Source: Macrostomum lignano (taxonomy: Eukaryota). From it: a DNA stretch of 64,000 bases. Of this stretch, positions 57,343-64,000 are shown in pieces (the stretch's first letter is position 1; every line of letters begins with the position of its first letter). The position numbers were made by a program, and so were the translations under genes. Location: the NCBI GenBank assembly GCA_002269645.1, contig NIVC01000829.1:372001-436000 (forward strand), read 5' to 3'. The notes below the pieces were generated by a model. That model was not told where the DNA came from and did not search any database. It saw only the letters and a program-made list of their open reading frames with translations.

Positions 57343-60300
57343 ATGGCATCCAGTGCAACGTCTACAGTCGAACGCTTGGTCATACCTGTGCCGAAAGCTG
57401 CCCTGGACCCGGCCACATCATCTCGGGTGGCCATCGATAGCGGCAGCTTGCTAACCAAAATGTTATTCATTACTGAACGCGATTCAACTTCCTATAACAT
57501 GCACTTTCTGTTGATGAAAAATGCCGACTTCAATGACGGACTCGACATCATCAGGGAGGAGTGCCGGCTGTTGCAGCGGGACGGTAGCGACGTGGTGAAG
57601 GTGACGGGCGTCGGGTACAAGCACGAGCAGCAGTTCAACCAGTTGCTAGGGGCCTCGTCCGAGTTTGTGGTGGAGCCGCTCTGCTGGATTCGGGGCTACT
57701 ATTGGGCTGTGGAGAACCTGGACCCGGCAGATCTGTTCTATCAGCACGAGGCCACCGACCCGTGCTTCTGCAAGAGCTCCTCTGGTCGCTTGGTGGACTT
57801 GGAGACTGCCGCTGGTTAGTCTGACACTTATTTCAGAATGTCTGACGCTTATTTTTATTGTGTCTGACGCTTATTTTTATTGTGTCTGACACTTATTTCA
57901 GAATATCTGACGCTTATTTTTATTGTGTCTGACACTTATTTCAGAATATCTGACGCTTATTTTTATTGTGTCTGACACTTATTTAAGAATGTCTGACGCT
58001 TATTTTATTGTGTCTGACACTTATTTCAGAATGTCTGACGCTTATTTTATTGCGTCTGACACTTATTTCAGAATGTCTGACGCTTATTTTATTGTGTCTG
58101 ACACTTATTTCAGAATGTCTGACGCTTATTTTATTGTGTCTGACGCTTATTTTATTGTGTCTGACACTTATTTCAGAATGTCTGGCACTTATTTTATTGT
58201 GTCTGACACTTATTTCAGAATGTCTGGCACTTATTTTATTGTGTCTGACACTTATATTTCAGAATGTCTGGCACTTTTCAGTACTATCTGACACTTTTCA
58301 GTAGGTCTAGCACTTTTCAGTACTATCTGACACTTTTCAGTATGTCTGACACCTATTTCAGTATGTCTGACACTTGTTTCAACATGTCTGACACTCATTT
58401 TAGTATGTCTGACACTCATTTCAGTCTATCTGACACTTATTTCAGAATGTCTGACACTTATTTTATTGTGTCTGACACTTATTTCAGAATGTCTGACGCT
58501 TATTTTATTGTGTCTGAGACTTATTTCAGAATGTCTGACACTTATTTTATTGTGTCCGACACTTATTTCAGTATTTCTTACGCTTTTCAGTACTATCTGA
58601 CACTTTTCAGTATGTCCTATTTCAGACCTATTTCAGTCTATCTGACACCTATTTCAGTATGTCTGACACTCATTTTAGTATGTCTGACACTCATTTCAGT
58701 CTATCTGACACTTATTTCAGTATGTCTGACACTTATTTCAGTATGTCAGACACTTATTTCAGTATATCTGACACTTATTTCTGTATTTCTGACACTTATT
58801 TCAGTATGCCTGACGCTTATTTCAGTATGTCTGACACTTATTTCAGTATGTCTGACACTTGTTTCAGCTTGTCTGACACTCATTTCAGCATGTCTGACAC
58901 AATTGTTTTAGTAATGTCTGACACTTATTTCAGTATGCCTGACACTTATTTCAGTATGCCTGACACTTATTTCAGTATGTCTGACACTTATTTCAGCATG
59001 TCTGACACTCATTTCAGTAATTTTTGACACTTATTTCTGAATGTCTGACACAGTATTGTTCCAAATACAATGCAACCCCTCCCCTTTTATAATGCCTTGC
59101 TTAATTTCCCTTCCCAAAATCGCAGCGGACAATGACCCGGCCGCCAGCGGGTCCGGCAAGTTCCCCGCGGTGCTGGTGAACGCAGGCAGCAGCGTCGGCA
59201 TGTGCATCGTGAACGAGAGCGGCGAAGCTGTGAGGCTGTCGCTGTCCTTCTTCTCCTGCAAGACCCTGGCCGGCCTGGCCAGTCTGCTTCTTGGCACGGC
59301 TGATTTCGAAGAAATTGTCCGCCTGGCCGAGGCCGGAGATCGGGGCAACGTGGACCTGAAGATTGACGAGCTCACGGCTGAGGATCCGTTGCATCCGTTC
59401 GGAGCCTACGATGGCGACATCCCGCTGGTGCATCTGGGCAAGATCGCCAACGCCTCCGTGACGGCTGGTGGGTGCTGGGATAACACCTGGCTTTGAAATC
59501 TCCGTTTGTAGCATCTGTAATTAGAGACTCAAGTAGCGCTTGAAGATCACAGGTGTATTAAAGGGGAGATTGAAGACTGCAGGTGGATTAAAGGGAGATT
59601 GAAGATCACATGTGGATTAAAGGGGAGATCGAAGATCACAGGTGGATTAAAGGGGAGATCGAAGATCACAGGTGGATTAAAGGGGAGATTGAAGATCACA
59701 TGTGGATTAAAGGGGAGATCGAAGATCACATGTGGATTAAAGGGGAGATCGAAGATCACAGGTGGATTAAAGGGGAGATTGAAGATCACATGTGGATTAA
59801 AGGGGAGATCGAAGATCACAGGTGGATTAAAGGGGAGATCGAAGATCACATGTGGATTAAAGGGGAGATCGAAGATCACAGGTGGATTAAAGGGGAGATT
59901 GAAGATCACATGTGGATTAAAGGGGAGATCGAAGATCACAGGTGGATTAAAGGGGAGATTGAAGATCACAGGTGGATTAAAGAGGAGCTTAGAGACTACA
60001 GGTGGATTAAAGGGAGCTTAGAGACCACATGTGGATTAAAGGGGAGCTTAGAGACCACATGTGGATTAAAGGGGAGCTTAGAGACCACATGTGGATTAAA
60101 GGGGAGCTTAGAGACCACAGGTGGATTAAAGGGGAGCTTAGAGACCACAGGTGGATTAAAGGGGAGCTTAGAGACCACAGGTGGATTAGAGGGGAGCTGA
60201 GATTAAATATCACCGGCGGATTAAAGTGGAGCTTAGAGGCGGATTAAAGGGCAGATTAAAGATCACAGGTGGATTAAGGGGGAGCTTAGAAATCACAGGC

Positions 60301-60755
60301 GGATTAAAAGTGAGTCAGAAGCGCGATTTGCACTCTTTGCAAATAATTGTCGAATACTCATTAATTATTACTCATTCTCACACTAGGCAGTAGTTTACAA
60401 TTAAAACAATTACCGCTTACTTTTCCTTTTCCACCCCCTTTCCCCAAAAACAACCGCAGCCGCAGCAAAACGCGAAGACGTGGCCCGGTCTCTGGTGTCC
60501 CTGTTCTGCTTCAACCTGTTCAGCACTATCCTGTCATTCGCCTCAGACGCGCAGGTCAATAACGTCTACTTGGGCGGCAGCTGTTTTCGTCACTCGCTGT
60601 TTCGGCGGGAATTCGAAAACGCGCGCTCGTTTCGGCTGCACAGAGCCGGGTTCAACCACCACTTCTTGAAGGTTGGCGCCCAAGTTGGCAGCATTGGAGC
60701 TCTGGTGTCGGCTAACGAGCTGGTGCCCAATGTGCTCAAATTCTCTGTTGCTTGA
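57343..60755 (+). CDS. Divergent type II pantothenate-kinase-like protein, 3 exons, about 369 aa
   Basis: Exons 57343-57814, 59126-59467 and 60460-60755; GT-AG, phases 1/1, 1110 nt. Collinear PanK-II motifs: VAIDSGSLLTK, KVTGVGY, EPLCWIRG, FPAVLVNAGSSV, LASLLLGTADFEEIVRLAEAGDRGNVDLKI, REDVARSL, VYLGG, FLKVGAQVGSIGAL. Confidence 0.82.
57815..59060. repeat. 21-22-bp minisatellite (ATGTCTGACACTTATTTCAGT) filling intron 1 of the PanK-like gene
   Basis: Begins immediately after the donor site; source of the MSDTYF ORFs. Confidence 0.95.
59545..60310. repeat. 30-bp minisatellite (GAAGATCACAGGTGGATTAAAGGGGAGATC) filling intron 2 of the PanK-like gene
   Basis: Two homogeneous sub-blocks. Confidence 0.95.
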
Positions 60756-60867
60756 AAGGTTACTCAGCAATGATTGACAGCTCGTGATATGTGTTTCAAC
60801 TTTGGAATGGTTTTTTAATAAACAGATGTAGCTCTATACTTCCAAGCAGTGATGGCGCTCTTGGTGA

Positions 60868-61435
60868 TCGCCCCCTGTCTCTCAGTGGTCGCCCCTGTCT
60901 CTCAGTGGTCGCCCCTGTCTCTCAGTGGTCGCCCCTGTCTCTCAGTGGTCGCCCCTGTCTCTCAGTGGTCGCCCCTGTCTCTCAGTGGTCGCCCCTGTCT
61001 CTCAGTGGTCGCCCTGTCTCTCAGTGGTCGCCCCTGTCTCTCAGTGGTCGCCCCTGTCTCTCAGTGGTCGCCCCTGTCTCTCAGTGGTCGCCCCTGTCTC
61101 TCAGTGGTCGCCCCTGTCTCTCAGTGGTCGCCCCTGTCTCTCAGTGGTCGCCACTGTCTCTGGATTGGCGCCCCCTGTCTCTGGATTGGCGCCCCCTGTC
61201 TCTGGATTGGCGCCCCCTGTCTCTGGATTGGCGCCCCCTGTCTCTGGATTGGCGCCCCTGTCTCTGGATTGGCGCCCCTGTCTCTGGATTGGCGCCCCCT
61301 GTCTCTGGATTGGCGCCCCTGTCTCTTGATTGACGTCCCCTGTCTCTGGATTGGCGCCCCTGTCTCTTGATTGGCGCCCCTTGTCTTTTGATTGGCGCCC
61401 CCTGTCTCTTGATTGGCGCCCCCTGTCTCTTGATT
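60868..61435. repeat. Adjacent 20-bp (GCCCCTGTCTCTCAGTGGTC) and 21-bp (CTGGATTGGCGCCCCCTGTCT) minisatellites
   Basis: The unit switches near 61155; both share a CCCCTGTCTCT core. Confidence 0.94.
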
Positions 61436-62479
61436 GGTGATTTGGGGCGACTTCCTCCCTCCCGAAAAAAGTGTGTATTTCAAAATTTTACCTACACTTA
61501 CCTCGCGATAAATCCATACTACAATACTCTAATGTTATTTTAATGCAGTTTAAAAAAAGTTCCCAGTTTCACAGTTGTCAGTTGCTCGATGTTTTCAATG
61601 TTCCAACCCTTACTTCTGTGTATTGCTCGTAGTTGGAGACGCTAAAAGCATTGAAAACATCCTACTCGTCATACATTAAGGCTTCATCCTATATAATTTG
61701 GTTCATTCTTTTTAATTTTGAAAAGCTTGCTTATAAAGTAATGCTACTATAAGTAGTGTGCTGATTTATTTTAGCGATTTTGTTGAACAGCATCCCTTCT
61801 ATTTGAAGTTTGGAGCATGTATAATAGTTCCGATCTTATGAAAGTTCCGATCTGGTGAAAGTTCTGCTCTTGTGTAAGTTTTTATCCGAAGTAATCTTGT
61901 AAAAGCCCATCCCTTGTCATAGTGATTACAATTCGTAAATTCGCGTCGCTAAACGCTATAACCCAACTGCAATTTATTCAGCAATAAAAAATTCACTTTG
62001 GTAAGCAATGAACACTGGTTGGTCCATTTTGAAATCCCATTGACAATTTTTCTGCTTTTATTGTCGTGTGAAAGTGAACAATTTTATTAACAATTCAAAC
62101 ATTTTTGAGTATTGCGGCACACTGAAAATCTAAATTTAGGGTCTGGAATCTAGCGATTTCCTATAAACTTGAAAATTTGAAAATTTGGGTTGTTGGAGTT
62201 TAAGCAGGAGTTGGCAAACTTTTTGTTTGCCTCTTTTACAGACCAGACAAATAATCTAACTTATGGCTGCGAGACAGGGGAGAGGGGAAAGGAGAGGGGA
62301 TAGAGATAAGAGAAGAGAGAGGAAAGTATAGGCGTGGGAGAAGATGAGATAAGAGATTTGTGAGATAAGAGGGGAAATGAGATGAGAGATTGGTTAGATG
62401 GGAGAAAATATTAGGGAAGACAGAAGAGATGATAAGAGGCCAAGAAAAAAATCAAAGAGGGTGAGAGGAGGGAAGAGAA

Positions 62480-63175
62480 AATAGGGAACAGAGAAGAGGA
62501 GAGAGAGAAAAGGGTAGAGAGAAGATGTGAGACAGGAGAGAAGAGGGTAGAGAGAAGATGTGAGACAGGAGAGAAGAGGGTAGAGAGAAGATGTGAGACA
62601 GGAGAGAAGAGGGTAGAGAGAAGATGTGAGACAGGAGAGAAAAGGGGAGAGAGATGTGAGACAAGACAGAAGAGGGTAGAGAGAAGATGTGAGACAGGAG
62701 AGAAAAGGGTAGAGAGAAGATGTGAGACAGGCGAGAAGAGGGTAGAGAGAAGAGGGTAGAGAGAAGATGTGAGACAGGAGAGAAAAGGGGAAAGAGATGT
62801 GAGACAGGAGAGAAGAGGGTAGAGAGAAGATGTGAGACAGGAGAGAAGAGGGTAGAGAGAAGATGTGAGACAGGAGAGAAAAGGGTAGAGAGAAGATGTG
62901 AGACAGGAGAGAAGAGGGTAGAGAGAAGAGGGTAGAGAGAAGATGTGAGACAAGAGAGAAGAGGGTAGAGAGAAGATGTGAGACAGGAGAGAAAAGAGTA
63001 GAGAGAAGAGGGTAGAGAGAGAGGGTAGAGAGAAGAGGGTAGAGAGAAGATGTGAGACAGGAGAGAAAAGAGTAGAGAGAAGAGGGTAGAGAGAGAGGGT
63101 AGAGAGAAGAGGGTAGAGAGAAGATGTGAGACAGGAGAGAAAAGGGGAGAGAGATGTGAGACAAGACAGAAGAGA
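62480..63175. repeat. Purine-rich 33-bp minisatellite (GAGAGAAGATGTGAGACAGGAGAGAAGAGGGTA)
   Basis: Tandem units with deletion variants. Confidence 0.93.
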
Positions 63176-63287
63176 TCTGAGAAGAGACTGTGAAGTTCCA
63201 AAGAATCCGAAGGCTGAACAGATAGGAGGGCCGGAGTAGAGCCGGAGTCTGCCGACCCCTGATACATACTCTGAGTAATAAAGCATT

Positions 63288-64000
63288 TCATAGTGTCTCA
63301 ATCAGCTGCGTGTACAGCAGTGCAGAAGTTGCTGTTTGCTGATGATCAACCAACTCTTCCTCATCTGCAGCCTCTTTCCTTTCGTCATCTGAGTCCTCAC
63401 AATTGTCCTGCACCTCTTGCGCTCCATCAGTGTCGCTCAGCGTGGCTGCAGTTCTCAGGCTCTGCTGACGCGACAGAGTTTCGCAATGGCGCAGATCGAT
63501 TGAATATTCGTCCGTTTCATTCACTTGGATCACCTGGCGCCCGTTGATGGTGCACGAGGATATTAATGAGGCGGACATCTCCTGGGGCAGGTCTGACACT
63601 GCGGTTGCTTCAGCGGGAGTTCCTGGCTGCTGCTCCGAAGCGGACGTGGCTTCCGCATCGAGGAGAGATTCGGGCTCGCACAGGCTGGGCGTCGCCAGGG
63701 GAGGTGGCGGCGGTGGCGGAGGTGGAGGCTGCGGTTGAGCTGATGGGGATGAAGGAGGAGCCGCCGCAGCAGCCGCCGCAGCAGCCGCTTGCTGTTGCTG
63801 CTGCTGCTGCAGAAGCGCGCTTTCCTGCGCTACTCGTTTCGACGAAGTCTGTCGTTCATTGATTTTTCGATAGCGTTTCGTCCGCCGCGACAGGAGCACC
63901 AGGGTGAGCACGAGTAGCAGGGCGCACAGAGCGCCGACACAGCTGCCGATGCTGGCGGGAATGTGCGCCTGCTTGGTGCTCGCGTCCACGCAGTGCATGG
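63288..64000 (-). CDS. 3' exon of a single-pass (type I-like) membrane protein, family unknown, partial
   Basis: Open to the window edge. TM segment IGSCVGALCALLLVLTLVLLS followed by basic RRTKRYRK, then a polyQ/polyA/polyP low-complexity tail ending IETL*. Confidence 0.7.
   Translation of the reverse strand, partial: MHCVDASTKQAHIPASIGSCVGALCALLLVLTLVLLSRRTKRYRKINERQTSSKRVAQESALLQQQQQQQAAAAAAAAAAPPSSPSAQPQPPPPPPPPPPLATPSLCEPESLLDAEATSASEQQPGTPAEATAVSDLPQEMSASLISSCTINGRQVIQVNETDEYSIDLRHCETLSRQQSLRTAATLSDTDGAQEVQDNCEDSDDERKEAADEEELVDHQQTATSALLYTQLIETL

Noticed and set aside
57830-59060. TTTCAG/GTATGT motifs in repeat units as recursive-splicing ratchet points
   Set aside because: The motifs overlap as CAGTATGT rather than forming the required AG|GT junction.
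59547-63301. Repetitive ORFs (WIKGEIEDH, SLSGRPCL, LLSTLFS)
   Set aside because: All are translations of intronic or intergenic minisatellites.

Overview
Animal genomic DNA: GT-AG introns, standard code, AT-rich intergenic DNA and abundant minisatellites. The style suggests an invertebrate such as a free-living flatworm, but that is an unverified inference. Host genes in order: two tandem astacin metalloproteases (first partial), a 5-exon FAM219 homologue, an SLC44/CTL choline transporter, an intronless Apaf-1-like CARD-NB-ARC-WD40 gene (minus), a 4-exon C19orf47-like gene, a 3-exon highly divergent type II pantothenate-kinase-like gene, and the 3' exon of a type I membrane protein (minus, partial). 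Mobile DNA includes a truncated DIRS/Ngaro retroelement with a SAP-domain ORF1, a hAT element with a nested piggyBac remnant, several MITEs with recoverable TSDs, a putative 4.7-kb Mutator-like element, and a nest of Penelope-like retroelement remnants in one intron. Most notable: (1) five minimal type I hammerhead ribozyme motifs within about 5 kb of that intron, all antisense to the host gene; (2) a stand-alone PanK-fold protein with an intact ORF but remodelled glycine-rich phosphate-binding loops (candidate pseudoenzyme). Gene models and alignments were made by eye; no database searches were run.
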